This document shows, in pieces, positions 28,746 to 38,670 of a DNA stretch of 64,000 nt. Every line of letters starts with the position of its first letter. The first letter of the stretch is position 1. The position numbers and the translations under genes were made by a program. This stretch comes from Deltaproteobacteria bacterium (GTDB taxonomy: Bacteria; UBA10199; JADFYH01): the NCBI GenBank assembly GCA_015233135.1, contig JADFYH010000003.1, positions 43,021 to 107,020 on the forward strand, read 5' to 3'. The notes under the pieces are model-generated. The model did no database searches. It was not told the origin of the DNA and saw nothing but the letters and a program-made list of their open reading frames with translations.

Positions 28746-30579
28746 GTGGATGTTCCCTCGCAATAAAATATTCTTCATGGGTCTTGTCATTGTCCTGTTT
28801 TTTGCGATGGTGTGCAGTCGCTTGCTTTATTTGCAGCTTTTTAAGAGGGTTGCGTACCAAAAAATTTCTGAAAATTTCAGTTTGAAAGAAACCCCCCTAC
28901 TGGCTCAGCGCGGTATCTTGACGGACTGCAAGGGGAGGGTGCTGGCGACAACGCGTCCCTCGTTTAATTTATTTTTAACCCCGCAAAAAATAAAAGATAC
29001 CCAGGCTCTTTTTGAAAAAATTTCGAAAATTACGGGGCAAAGCCAGGAAATTTTTTCTCAAATTTTGGAAAAAAATAAAAAAACTCCCAAATACAAAGCC
29101 CTTCTTTTAATGCAGGATTTGAATTCAGATCAAGCCGCCCAATTAAATATCTTTAAAAATTTGGCCCAAAAAAATAATGAATATGCCGATTTTTCAGCGA
29201 TAGATCTTAAGATTGAGCCTTTACGCACTTATCCTCAGTCTGAACTATTTTCTCATCCCCTGGGTTTTGTTCGAAATGAAGGGGGGGATTGGTTAGGAGT
29301 GCAAGGTCTTGAAAAATTTTATGAGGCCACTTTAAGGGGAGTCGATGGAAAAGAACAAACTGTGGTAGATGCCTTTGGACGAGAGATGAATGCTCTTGCT
29401 TTTGGAATGGCCAAGGAATCTTTGTTGGAAAATCCGTTGCCAGGAAAAAACTTGCAGCTGACTTTGGATAGGGATTTACAAGAGGCTGCAAACACTGCTT
29501 TTGGAAATCAGTCTGGGGCCCTAGCCCTTCTGGAGCTGAAAAGCGGCGATGTCTTGGCCCTGGTTTCAAAACCTTCCTTCAATGCCAATCAACTTTTGTC
29601 TAATATAAGTGCAAAGGAATGGAAAAAAATTAATGAAGATGAATTGAAGCCCTTGCTCAATCGAACACTCCAGGCAGCTTATCCTCCCGGTTCTACTTTT
29701 AAGATTGTCACAGCCCTGACCGGTTTGATGGAGGGGAAAATATCTCCTCAAGAAAAATTTTCTTGTCCGGGTTATTACATGAGTGGAGGCAGGCGCTTTA
29801 GTTGTTGGAATGCCAAGGGGCATGGACAAGTGGATTTTTATCATGCCTTGATGTCGTCGTGCGATGTCTATTTTTACAAACTCGGAGAACGATTAGGGGT
29901 GGATAGAATCGCCGAGTATGCCAAACGATTGGGCTTGGGGCAGCTCACGGGCATCGATTTGGATTACGAGCGCAGTGGTTTAATTCCGAGTAGCGAATGG
30001 AAAAAACGGGTTAAAAAAGAAGAGTGGAATCCCAGCGAAACTTTATCGATGGCGATTGGACAGGGTTACGATTTGGTGACCCCTTTACAGAATGCCCTGA
30101 TGATGGCGACCGTGGCTTCCGGTGGAAAAAAAATCACGCCTCATCTTGTGAAAAATGAGGAGGGGAAAGAGGGAGTGAAAAAAAACGAGGAGGGTCTGAA
30201 AATTCCTGCAGAAATTTATAAAACGCTGATGTCTGCCTTAAAAGGAGTGGTGCAAGACCCCGGCGGAACGGCCCATCGAATCGCTTTGCCAGGAGTAGAG
30301 ATAGGAGGTAAGACTGGAACTGCCCAGGTGGTGAATTATGACACGCAGGGCCGAAAGGCGAAGTCCCGTAAAACGGAAGATCACGCCTGGTTTGTGGCCT
30401 ATGCACCGGCAGAAAATCCGGAGATTGCGTTGGCAGTCGTCGTAGAACATGGAGGACACGGAGGAGCGGCCGCTGCACCTATTGCCCAAGCGGTGCTCAA
30501 AAAATATTTTGAAGTGTATCACAATCAAGTTTGGAAGGAGAAAACCGATGAGCCTCGAAAAAAATCAAGACGCCCCTGA
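28735..30579 (+). CDS. mrdA: Penicillin-binding protein 2 (elongasome transpeptidase)
   Basis: N-terminal TM, active-site STFK, SCD (SxD/N) and KTGTAQ. 614 aa. Overlaps the mreD stop. Confidence 0.9.
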   Translation: MIGEWMFPRNKIFFMGLVIVLFFAMVCSRLLYLQLFKRVAYQKISENFSLKETPLLAQRGILTDCKGRVLATTRPSFNLFLTPQKIKDTQALFEKISKITGQSQEIFSQILEKNKKTPKYKALLLMQDLNSDQAAQLNIFKNLAQKNNEYADFSAIDLKIEPLRTYPQSELFSHPLGFVRNEGGDWLGVQGLEKFYEATLRGVDGKEQTVVDAFGREMNALAFGMAKESLLENPLPGKNLQLTLDRDLQEAANTAFGNQSGALALLELKSGDVLALVSKPSFNANQLLSNISAKEWKKINEDELKPLLNRTLQAAYPPGSTFKIVTALTGLMEGKISPQEKFSCPGYYMSGGRRFSCWNAKGHGQVDFYHALMSSCDVYFYKLGERLGVDRIAEYAKRLGLGQLTGIDLDYERSGLIPSSEWKKRVKKEEWNPSETLSMAIGQGYDLVTPLQNALMMATVASGGKKITPHLVKNEEGKEGVKKNEEGLKIPAEIYKTLMSALKGVVQDPGGTAHRIALPGVEIGGKTGTAQVVNYDTQGRKAKSRKTEDHAWFVAYAPAENPEIALAVVVEHGGHGGAAAAPIAQAVLKKYFEVYHNQVWKEKTDEPRKKSRRP

Positions 30580-31009
30580 TTTTGAAGCCCTCGATCAAGA
30601 AGGAAAGAAACGAAGTCTGAAAGAGTTTAAGGGAAAGTGGGTCTTTGTCTATTTTTATCCCATGGATGACACTCCAGGTTGTACCAAGGAAGCTTGTAGT
30701 ATTCGGGATGAATTCTCGGAAATACGAAAACACGCGGTGGTGATTGGGGTGAGTTCGGATACAGTAAAAAGCCATCAGAAATTTGCGAACAAATATCAGC
30801 TGCCCTTTTTGTTGATCTCGGATCCTGACAAAAAGGTCATTAGCGATTATGGGGCCAAGGGATTATTGTTCACCAAACGAATTTCTTACCTCATTAATCC
30901 CCAGGGGAAAATTGCACGCGCCTATTTGAAGGTGGACCCTAAAACACATGCGACTGAAGTGTTGGCGGATTTGTTGGCGTTGGTGAAAAATTTTTGTGCT
31001 TCATTTTAA
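30548..31009 (+). CDS. bcp: Peroxiredoxin Bcp (thiol peroxidase, AhpC/TSA family)
   Basis: ORF 30449..31009. Start taken at the ATG at 30548 (MSLEKNQDAPDFEALDQEGKK). Peroxidatic motif PGCTKE. Overlaps the mrdA 3' end by about 32 nt. Confidence 0.85.
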   Translation: MSLEKNQDAPDFEALDQEGKKRSLKEFKGKWVFVYFYPMDDTPGCTKEACSIRDEFSEIRKHAVVIGVSSDTVKSHQKFANKYQLPFLLISDPDKKVISDYGAKGLLFTKRISYLINPQGKIARAYLKVDPKTHATEVLADLLALVKNFCASF

Positions 31010-31086
31010 TATTTCTTTTTTAAGCAAAGATTTTAAAATTAATCCCTACTTTAACAATCTCCTAGAAAATCACACAAGAGGAGTTG

Positions 31087-32244
31087 TCAAATCACCCTCA
31101 GGACAAAACACTTGAGGTATTTCGATTCTGGAAAACCCAGTAAGGCAGGATGATCTGGGCCTTGCTGGCCTCTAAATAAAATTTGTACTTGACGCCTTGC
31201 ATCTCGCGCAGCTTGCTGCAGTACTTCAATAAATAAATTTTCACTGAGGTGATGGGAACAAGAGGAGGTGATTAAAATTCCTTCTGCTTCCAGAAGCTTC
31301 ATGGCCCTGAGATTGATTTCTTTATAGCCCTTCAGGGCTTGAGTCAGCTGGGAGCTTGATTTTACAAAGGCAGGCGGGTCCAAATTGATCAAATCAAATT
31401 TTTCTTTTCGTTGATCTGCTTCTTTTAAATAATCAAATACATTCTGGCAGAGCACTTCGATGTTGTTCAGTTGATTGAGCCTGGCATTCCGTTCCACTTG
31501 TTGGAGAGCCTTCTCGCTCTGATCCAGCGCGATCACCTTTCCCGCAGATTTTTTTGCCATGTGGCAGGCAAACCAACCATTGTAGGCGCAAGCGTCGAGC
31601 AGCTTTTTTTTACCCTGAGCCAGCAGAGAGGCCAACATTCGATTGTCGCGCTGATCCAAAAAAGCCCCCGTTTTTTGGCCTTCCAGCAGATCTACTTCAA
31701 AACGAAGCGAGCCTTCTTCTATTTCGATAAAAGATTTTTCGCCCTTCAGCAGCCCTTGGGCCTGCTCCAGATTTTCAAGGCGTCTCACGGAAACATCATT
31801 GCGTTCCACCAGAATTTCCGGATGAAAAATCTCTTCCACGGCCTGTAAAACAAGGCCTCTACAGCTTTCGAGGCCGGCACTTAGAATCTGAAAACTGAGG
31901 GCCCCATTGTAAAAATCCAAAATAAAAGAGGGGATGAAATCCGATTCGCCAAAGACGATGCGATAAGCATTCGAGGGGAGCTTTAACTGTTTTCGTCTTT
32001 CCCAGGCTTGAGTGATTCTTTGCTTAAAAAAATTGAGATCGATCGATTGATTTTTAGCAGACAGCGTTCGCAGTGCTATTTGAGAGTAGGGACTGTATAG
32101 CGCCAGCCCCAGGAATTTTTTAGAAGTGTTCTGCAGGGAGACTGCTCCAGCCAGGGTATTCTCTGGAATACTCAGATCCGATCTGAAAATCCAGGGATGG
32201 CCTTGTTGAAGACGCTTTTCTGCTTTGGAGTTGAGGGTAATCAT
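31087..32244 (-). CDS. Class I SAM-dependent rRNA methyltransferase, RlmI/RlmK-like, with a PUA-like N-terminus.
   Basis: N-terminus GHPWIF. SAM motif LDACAYNGWFACHMAK and D-PPAF (LDPPAFVKS). ORF extends to 32295; start taken at the ATG at 32244. Confidence 0.8.
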   Translation of the reverse strand: MITLNSKAEKRLQQGHPWIFRSDLSIPENTLAGAVSLQNTSKKFLGLALYSPYSQIALRTLSAKNQSIDLNFFKQRITQAWERRKQLKLPSNAYRIVFGESDFIPSFILDFYNGALSFQILSAGLESCRGLVLQAVEEIFHPEILVERNDVSVRRLENLEQAQGLLKGEKSFIEIEEGSLRFEVDLLEGQKTGAFLDQRDNRMLASLLAQGKKKLLDACAYNGWFACHMAKKSAGKVIALDQSEKALQQVERNARLNQLNNIEVLCQNVFDYLKEADQRKEKFDLINLDPPAFVKSSSQLTQALKGYKEINLRAMKLLEAEGILITSSCSHHLSENLFIEVLQQAARDARRQVQILFRGQQGPDHPALLGFPESKYLKCFVLRVI

Positions 32245-32289
32245 ATTTGCTTTTGACAGAGCGAGTTTCCTAAAGGCATAACACTCGTT

Positions 32290-33126
32290 ATGCAAGCTTC
32301 AAAATACGTGCATCAAGTGCAAAAAAGTGCGGCCTGGCTGAAAAAAAAGCTAAGGGTAAGCTCCTCGGGTATTATCGTTTTTGGCTCAAATTTGTCTTCT
32401 GCATTTCTCGGTAAAACAAAAATTCTTCAAAGTATTCCTTTCTCCACTATTCCTTTTTTTCCACAACCCACGGTGAAAGGGCATAAGCCCTTTTTGCATC
32501 ATGTGTTACTGGGTGATAAATCCTTTTGTGTGGCAGAAGGGCGCTTGCATTATTATGAGGGGTTTAGCATCCCAAATCTTTGTTTCCCCATTTTGCTATA
32601 TCACGAGTTGGGGATCCAAAATTTTATATTTACCAACGTAGCAGGGGCCTTGGATCCAAAATTTCAGGTAGGAGATTTGATGTACGTGTCGGATCACATC
32701 AACTTCATGGGCTTTAATCCCTTGCGTGAGATTGGGCAAATGTACGAAAGAGATCGCTTTATCTCCCTGAACGAGCTGTATGATAAAAACTGGGAAAAAC
32801 ACTTTCTTGAAATTGCGCAGCAACAGAAGATTAAACTCCATTCTGGAGTTTATTTGGGACTGAATGGCCCCAGCTATGAAACGCCTGCTGAAATCAAGGC
32901 CTTTCGCGCCTGGGGTGCCCATGCGGTGGGGATGTCGACTATCCCTGAGGTGCTGGTGGCCAAGTATCTTGCTTGTCGAGTGGCGGCTATTTCTTGTATA
33001 AGCAACGTTTGCAACGATTCTGTTTCAACCCTCTCTCATGAGGGGGTGTTAGAGGTGGCGCAGCAAAACCAAAATAAACTAGCCCATTTATTGGAGGATT
33101 TTTTGTGCGAGATTCCATTATTTTAG
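32290..33126 (+). CDS. Purine nucleoside phosphorylase (PunA/PNP-I type)
   Basis: GPSYETPAEIKAFRAWGAHAVGMSTIPEVLVAKY matches the PNP family-2 signature. Confidence 0.8.
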   Translation: MQASKYVHQVQKSAAWLKKKLRVSSSGIIVFGSNLSSAFLGKTKILQSIPFSTIPFFPQPTVKGHKPFLHHVLLGDKSFCVAEGRLHYYEGFSIPNLCFPILLYHELGIQNFIFTNVAGALDPKFQVGDLMYVSDHINFMGFNPLREIGQMYERDRFISLNELYDKNWEKHFLEIAQQQKIKLHSGVYLGLNGPSYETPAEIKAFRAWGAHAVGMSTIPEVLVAKYLACRVAAISCISNVCNDSVSTLSHEGVLEVAQQNQNKLAHLLEDFLCEIPLF

Positions 33127-34010
33127 CGACACGAGCTTCCGCCTTGGCTTTGTTCCAAGCCAATCTGGTAAAAGGTTTGTTGGAACAGAAACATCCCGGT
33201 TTAAAAGTGGAAATCCTTCCCCTGAAAACTTCCGGCGATCTTATCTTAGATCGGCCTTTGCGGGAGGTGGGGGGCAAGGCCTTATTTGTCAAAGAAATTG
33301 AAGAGGCCTTGCTGCAGAAGAAAGCGGATTTTGCGGTGCACAGTATGAAAGACGTTCCGGCGCTGCTTCCTCAGGGATTGAAACTGGGGGTAATTTTAGA
33401 AAGGGAAGATGCGAGCGATGTCCTAATTTGTAGAAATGAAGGCAAGTTAGAGAATCTTCCTCCGGCAGCAAAAGTGGGCAGCAGCTCGCTACGCCGAAAA
33501 ATTCAATTGCTTCGCCTTCGTCCCGATTTGAAAGTAGTAGATCTTCGTGGAAACATTGATACGCGCCTGCGCAAGTTGAAGGAAGGCGCTTTGGATGCCA
33601 TCTTGTTGGCTGCCGCAGGGCTAAAGCGTTTGGGCCTTTTTCAAACTCATTTCCAAAGACTAGATTTTATTGCCTCACCCGGTCAAGGGGCCATAGGTCT
33701 GGAATATCGGGAATGTGACCGCGAATTACAAAATATTCTGCAAGTCTTAGATCATCCTCAAACCCATGTTTGTGTAGAAGCAGAGCGCCTTTTGATGAGG
33801 CATTTTGAGGCCTCGTGTGAATTGCCTTTGGGTGCGCATGCTTTTTTAAAAGGCAATGGCTTGTCACTAAAAGCCTTTGTCTCAAACCAGGATGGAAGTC
33901 GTTATCTGGAAGCAGAAAAAGAAGGTGAGCTTGTTCAAGCTCTGCTGATGGCCCAAGCGTTGGTTGATGAATTAAAAGCACAAGGGGCAGAGGAGTTTTT
34001 TAAAGTATGA
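33105..34010 (+). CDS. hemC: Porphobilinogen deaminase (hydroxymethylbilane synthase)
   Basis: Motifs IILATRASALALFQAN, ILPLKTSGD, GGKALFVKE and AVHSMKDVP. Overlaps the 3' end of the PNP gene by about 22 nt. Confidence 0.9.
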   Translation: MRDSIILATRASALALFQANLVKGLLEQKHPGLKVEILPLKTSGDLILDRPLREVGGKALFVKEIEEALLQKKADFAVHSMKDVPALLPQGLKLGVILEREDASDVLICRNEGKLENLPPAAKVGSSSLRRKIQLLRLRPDLKVVDLRGNIDTRLRKLKEGALDAILLAAAGLKRLGLFQTHFQRLDFIASPGQGAIGLEYRECDRELQNILQVLDHPQTHVCVEAERLLMRHFEASCELPLGAHAFLKGNGLSLKAFVSNQDGSRYLEAEKEGELVQALLMAQALVDELKAQGAEEFFKV

Positions 34011-35515
34011 GTCGTAAAGGAAAAATCTACCTCGTCGGCGCTGGGCCGGGAGATAAGGGTTTGCTGACTCTAAAAGGGGCTCAGGTTCTTTCTAAAGCCG
34101 ATCTTGTTTTCTACGATAATCTCGTGAATCCAGAAATTTTAGAATATGCCCCTCCACATGCAAATTGCGTGTATGTGGGCAAGCGCGGTTTGGGTGACAA
34201 GACTTCCCAAACTCATATCGAAGACCAACTGGTTCAAGCAGTTCAGGAAGGTAAATGCGTCATCCGTTTAAAAGGAGGAGACCCTTTTTTGTTTGGCCGT
34301 GGGGGAGAAGAAGCAGAGCGCTTAGCTCAAGAAAATATTCCTTTTGAAATTGTCCCCGGAGTTTCTTCACTTATTGCAGCCCCAGCGTATGCAGGGATTC
34401 CGCTGACTCATCGGGATTGGAGTTCTACCCTTGCTTTTGTCACAGGCTACACCCAGGAGAATAGTCCTTATCCCATCGATTGGCCCGCCTTGGCTAAAAT
34501 GCAAACTATAGTTTTGGTGATGGGAGTGAAGACTCTCCAAGGGAATTGTGCCCGATTATTACAGGGCGGTATGCGTGGATCCACCCCCGTTGCGATCATT
34601 CGTTGGGGAACGACCCCTAGACAAAAAACTTATATTTCTACTTTAGAAAAAGTTGCTGATGAAATGCAGCAAATAAAATTGATGCCTCCCGTGGTGATGG
34701 TGATTGGAGAAGTGGTTAAGCTTCGTTCCAAACTTTGTTGGTATGAAAAACTTCCCTTGTTTGGAAAAAAAATTTTGGTGACTCGGGCTGCCTCTCAAAT
34801 ATCGGAGTTGTCTGATGGCTTATCTGCCTTGGGAGCAGAGGTGTATAAAGTCCCAAGTCTTGAGTTTAGTGCACCGGATTCTTGGGAGGATCTGGATCAA
34901 GTCAGTCAAAATCTGTCCCAATTTGAATGGTTAGTGTTTAGCAGTGCGCAGGGTGTCGAATTTTTCATGAAGCATTTTTTGAGTCTTCATCCAGACATTC
35001 GACTTTTTCCAAAAATAAAAATCGCCTGTGTAGGACCTAAAACAGCTTTGGCCTTGGAAAAATTTTATTTGAAGGCCGATAGGGTAGCTCAAAACAGCTC
35101 TGCTGCTGGTCTGGCTCAGGAGATGATTCTGGGGAAGATGATCCACGGAAAAGTGCTTTTTGTGCGTGCTCAAGAGGGACGAGAGGAATTTGTGGAGAGA
35201 CTTTTGCAAGAAAATATTTTTCTCACAATGGTTTTTGCCTATAAAACCCAAGCCTGTTCAGAAGGAGTCCAGAAACTTCAACAAGGTTTGGACTTTGGAA
35301 AATTGGATTTGTTACTCTTTGCGTCTGCCTCTGCCATCAAGAATTTATTTGCCCTTTTGAACGAAGCACAGAAAAATATGCTGCTGAAACGGCCCTGTCT
35401 TTGTATCGGCCCTACCACTGCTCAGACCGCCAAGGATTTTGGCTTTCTCTCTGTGGTTCAAAGTGAGATTCCCAGCGTTGAAAGCCTTATTGAAAAAGCC
35501 ATAGGATGTTTTTGA
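34007..35515 (+). CDS. Bifunctional uroporphyrinogen-III C-methyltransferase (N-terminal, CobA/SUMT) and uroporphyrinogen-III synthase (C-terminal, HemD).
   Basis: The N-terminal domain carries KIYLVGAGPGDKGLLTLKGAQVL and VIRLKGGDPFLFGRG. The C-terminal half has HemD-like repeats. ATGA overlap with hemC. Confidence 0.85.
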   Translation: MSRKGKIYLVGAGPGDKGLLTLKGAQVLSKADLVFYDNLVNPEILEYAPPHANCVYVGKRGLGDKTSQTHIEDQLVQAVQEGKCVIRLKGGDPFLFGRGGEEAERLAQENIPFEIVPGVSSLIAAPAYAGIPLTHRDWSSTLAFVTGYTQENSPYPIDWPALAKMQTIVLVMGVKTLQGNCARLLQGGMRGSTPVAIIRWGTTPRQKTYISTLEKVADEMQQIKLMPPVVMVIGEVVKLRSKLCWYEKLPLFGKKILVTRAASQISELSDGLSALGAEVYKVPSLEFSAPDSWEDLDQVSQNLSQFEWLVFSSAQGVEFFMKHFLSLHPDIRLFPKIKIACVGPKTALALEKFYLKADRVAQNSSAAGLAQEMILGKMIHGKVLFVRAQEGREEFVERLLQENIFLTMVFAYKTQACSEGVQKLQQGLDFGKLDLLLFASASAIKNLFALLNEAQKNMLLKRPCLCIGPTTAQTAKDFGFLSVVQSEIPSVESLIEKAIGCF

Positions 35516-36553
35516 ATGTTCAAAAAAAATAATCAGGTGAATGAAAAAAATAAGCTCTTCGAGGTACAACCCAAACAGATATTTGAGGTCTACTCTGGTT
35601 TTGCAGGCACTCAGGCCTTGCTTGCTGCCATTGAGCTAAATCTCTTTCAATTCATTGCCAATCAATTGAATACGGTAGAACGCATGGCCCCCGCCTTGAA
35701 TATTTCCGCGCGTTCCCTGCGTATTTTACTGGATGCCTTGGTGGCGCTTAAGATTTTAAACAAGGCAAAAAATGTCTATCAATTGAGTTCGGAGTCCAAA
35801 CAATATTTGGTAAAAGGTGGGGCTCTGTATATTGGGGATGTTTTACTTCGTTATGCCTTTAACTTCGAGAACTGGCACCCCTTGCTTGAGGCCTTGCGCA
35901 AAGGGCCCTCCTTGAACATGAAAAGCTGCGAGGAACGCATGAGGGGAATTCAGGATTCTTCCCGGGATATCTTTAGCACTTCTTATGCCTCGGCTGTTTT
36001 CATTAGCAAAAAACTAGGTGTGGGGAAAAGTTTAAAAAATTTAAAAGTGTTGGATATCGGTGCAGGTTCTGCTGCCTGGAGCCTGGCCTTTGTCTTGGCC
36101 GATGCTCAGAGTCAGGTAGATGCGCTCGATTTTGAAGGCATCTTGCCTCTAACCCGAGAGTTTGTGCAAAAATTTAGAGTGGAAAAGCAGTACAATTACC
36201 TGGCCGGAGATGTCTTGGAATATTCCTTAAAAAAAGAGCACTACGATGTTATTTTAATCGGACATCTTTGCCATCATTTGGGCGAGCAAGATTCAAAGAA
36301 GCTCTTCAAAAAATGTCACGAGGCCTTAAGACCCAAAGGCCGGGTGCTGATTGCCGAATATGTGGCCAACGACTTGAGAACCGGTGACAAGATTGCATTG
36401 CTGTTCGGTTTAAAGATGATTCTGCAAAGTACTCAGGGCGATGTATTTACGGTGAAGGAATTTAAAAAATGGCTGGCTGGCTGTAAATTTCGCAAGACCA
36501 GTGCCTTGTCGGCGGTATATCCGACCACGGTGATTTCAGCACAGAAGGGGTAA
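35516..36553 (+). CDS. Class I SAM-dependent O-methyltransferase (family 2, with an N-terminal dimerisation helix).
   Basis: Motif I is VLDIGAGSAAWS. Starts one nt after the cobA/hemD stop. Confidence 0.7.
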   Translation: MFKKNNQVNEKNKLFEVQPKQIFEVYSGFAGTQALLAAIELNLFQFIANQLNTVERMAPALNISARSLRILLDALVALKILNKAKNVYQLSSESKQYLVKGGALYIGDVLLRYAFNFENWHPLLEALRKGPSLNMKSCEERMRGIQDSSRDIFSTSYASAVFISKKLGVGKSLKNLKVLDIGAGSAAWSLAFVLADAQSQVDALDFEGILPLTREFVQKFRVEKQYNYLAGDVLEYSLKKEHYDVILIGHLCHHLGEQDSKKLFKKCHEALRPKGRVLIAEYVANDLRTGDKIALLFGLKMILQSTQGDVFTVKEFKKWLAGCKFRKTSALSAVYPTTVISAQKG

Positions 36554-36612
36554 AAAAATAAGGGGGGCTTCACGCTATCGAGTGGGTAAAATAATATACT
36601 TTAACTGCTCAT

Positions 36613-36637
36613 TCATTTATTCCCCTCTCCCCTTGAG
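36613..36637. repeat. Left half of a GC-rich palindromic repeat unit, split by the insertion of the MITE-like element.
   Basis: cccctctccccttgag. It continues at 36839..36867 as ccccttgagggagagggcagggtgagggg, leaving a 9-bp direct duplication ccccttgag on both sides of the insert. Confidence 0.6.
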
Positions 36638-36838
36638 CATAGGTATCTACACATCTCAGCAAACTATGGGTTTTATTGACTCTGCTGTTCCTCCCCTTAA
36701 GCTAAGGGGAGGTTAGGAGGGGTTATGGAAGATCTTGCTGAACTCAAAAATACTGTAATTTGCACGGTTTTCCATAACTCCCCCAACCCCCTCTTAGCTT
36801 AAGAGGGGGCAATACCAAAAGATGTGTAGATACCTATG
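36638..36838. mobile_element. MITE-like 201-bp non-coding element with perfect 19-bp terminal inverted repeats and a 9-bp target-site duplication, nested inside the terminal repeat of the decayed DUF559 cassette.
   Basis: Left TIR cataggtatctacacatct (36638..36656). Right TIR agatgtgtagatacctatg (36820..36838). Flanking ccccttgag at 36629..36637 and 36839..36847. The interior carries the two-hairpin unit also seen at 11344..11447. Confidence 0.6.
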
Positions 36839-36882
36839 CCCCTTGAGGGAGAGGGCAGGGTGAGGGGTTCATTCACTTGCTT

Positions 36883-37080
36883 CCAATATCTGACTCAACC
36901 TAGCTCAACCACAATGCGCTTTTCCAAACATACGAAATCCACAATATAAGCTCCAAGAATAGGTTGTCTTCTAAATTTCAACCCCTTTAAACGCCTGGAT
37001 CTCAAATAGTACCAAAGATCATTTCCTGTATTTGTACTTTCCTTTCTGAGTAGTTTTGAAATGCCAACAAGTACACCCAT
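36883..37080 (-). pseudogene. DUF559 endonuclease pseudogene: an internal deletion of about 100 nt removes the conserved core and creates a premature stop.
   Basis: Minus-strand ORF 36895..37080 encodes MGVLVGISKLLRKESTNTGNDLWYYLRSRRLKGLKFRRQPILGAYIVDFVCLEKRIVVELG*, about 80% identical to the first 61 aa of the 15351 protein. The downstream remnant ...gaagcaagtgaatga matches the 3' end of the intact copy. Confidence 0.7.
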
Positions 37081-37088
37081 TTATTTCT

Positions 37089-37125
37089 CCCCTCACCCAG
37101 ACCCTCTCCCCCAAGGGGAGAGGGG
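37089..37125. repeat. GC-rich palindromic repeat unit, here the upstream terminal repeat of the decayed DUF559 cassette.
   Basis: cccctcacccagaccctctcccccaaggggagagggg. Its reverse complement matches the left TIR of the intact cassette, including the spacing to the ATG. Confidence 0.7.
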
Positions 37126-37317
37126 AATCCTTTCTGCCTATTTCTAATTCTTGATTGTGATACAAGTTCTTCATCCTACTCAATCCTTTTCTTATCCGCT
37201 ACTCGTACATATTCCCTACCCTTAAATATCTCAAATTTACCCACTCAGTTTCGTGATGAGCCTCCTTTAATAAAATGCAGAAAAAATATTTTGTGCAAAC
37301 CTTGGGAGCTTTAAGTT

Positions 37318-38046
37318 TCACAACTCCTCAAAACTCCTACTCTGCATCCTTCTCAATAATATTGCCTTGCGCCTCTGGGCGCGTTTTTGTCTTTTGGGAT
37401 CGGACAAGTATTTGGGGTTTGGAATAATCGCAGCCAAATAAGCCGCTTCTTCGCTGTTCAAGTTTTCGGCATCTTTTTTAAAGTAAAAATGGCTTGCGGC
37501 CTGGGCTCCATAAATGCCTTTGCCCCACTCGATGACGTTGAGGTAAATTTCCAAAATTCTTTTTTTCTCCAAAACTTTTTCCATCCAAAGGGCCAAAATG
37601 ATTTCTTTGATTTTTCGGAGAGGATTTTTAGAGGCATCCAGATATAGATTTTTCACTAATTGTTGCGTAATGGTGGAGCCCCCGCGGACAATTCTTTTCT
37701 TTTTTAGATTGGCCTCCCAGGCGGATTCCAAGGCATCGGTGTCGATGCCATCGTGTTCAAAAAAAGTGTCATCTTCTCCAATGAGCACGGCTTCTTGAAG
37801 ATGTTTTGAAATTTTATCCAGATTCACCCATTCTTGCTCAAAAAAACAGGGATGCTCACATCCCTTAAGATAGGTTTGAATAAATTTTGTGCTTTGAGGA
37901 TTCTTTACCGTGAGGAGAAAAATTTCATGGGCGGGGAGCAAAATTTGAAGCAAAAAAACGAGTAACAGGATTGACAAAACAGGGATAAACGCCCTTCTGA
38001 GGAAGGACGACTTTTTTTTGTAGGGTTTGAGAGGAGATCGTTGCAT
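37318..38046 (-). CDS. mtgA: Monofunctional biosynthetic peptidoglycan transglycosylase
   Basis: GT51 motifs EDDTFFEHDGID and RGGSTITQQLVKN. N-terminal TM anchor. 242 aa. Confidence 0.85.
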   Translation of the reverse strand: MQRSPLKPYKKKSSFLRRAFIPVLSILLLVFLLQILLPAHEIFLLTVKNPQSTKFIQTYLKGCEHPCFFEQEWVNLDKISKHLQEAVLIGEDDTFFEHDGIDTDALESAWEANLKKKRIVRGGSTITQQLVKNLYLDASKNPLRKIKEIILALWMEKVLEKKRILEIYLNVIEWGKGIYGAQAASHFYFKKDAENLNSEEAAYLAAIIPNPKYLSDPKRQKRAQRRKAILLRRMQSRSFEEL

Positions 38047-38106
38047 CGTTTATGCTTCTCATGCTAGGGGCGAGACCGTTTCAGTTCAACCTAATAAGGA
38101 GTTTTT

Positions 38107-38670
38107 ATGCTTACTGCCAACCAAATCCGTCCGGGGATGATTATCGAATTCGAAGGACAGGTTTATTATGTCATGGAATCGATTCATCGTACCCCCGGAA
38201 ATTTGCGTGCCTTTATGCAAGTGAAGATGCGAAATCTGCGCACGAGCACCCAACTGGAGCAACGATTTTCCTCTTTCGATAAAGTGGAAAAAGTCACCCT
38301 GGACAATCAGAAAATGCAATATCTGTATCAGGAAGGTGACAGCTATTTTTTTATGAATACAGAAAATTATGAACAAGTGCAGCTCAATAAAAATGAGCTG
38401 GGCGATTCGGTTTATTTCTTACTTCCCGATACCCTGATTGAGGTTCAATTTTACGAAGGAAAGCCCATAGGCATTGATTTACCTAAAAGCATGGTGCTGA
38501 AAGTGGTTGAAACAGAACCCTCTATCAAAGGCCAATCCGCTACCTCCAGTTATAAGCCCGCAAAACTGGAAACCGGTTTAATGATAAAAGTCCCCCAGTT
38601 TATTAATGAAGGGGATATGATCAAGGTGGATCCCCTCTCCAAGGAATATATGGAGAGGGCAAATAAGTAA
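38107..38670 (+). CDS. efp: Elongation factor P
   Basis: 187 aa. Conserved N-terminal KOW-like region and the loop containing the modified Lys (MQVKMRNL region). Three OB domains. Confidence 0.95.
   Translation: MLTANQIRPGMIIEFEGQVYYVMESIHRTPGNLRAFMQVKMRNLRTSTQLEQRFSSFDKVEKVTLDNQKMQYLYQEGDSYFFMNTENYEQVQLNKNELGDSVYFLLPDTLIEVQFYEGKPIGIDLPKSMVLKVVETEPSIKGQSATSSYKPAKLETGLMIKVPQFINEGDMIKVDPLSKEYMERANK

Noticed and set aside
36590-37140. Possible small RNA or riboswitch in the highly structured 36.6-37.1 kb region.
   Set aside because: The structure is fully explained by nested terminal inverted repeats and palindromic repeat units of mobile-element origin. No conserved riboswitch-like motif is recognisable.
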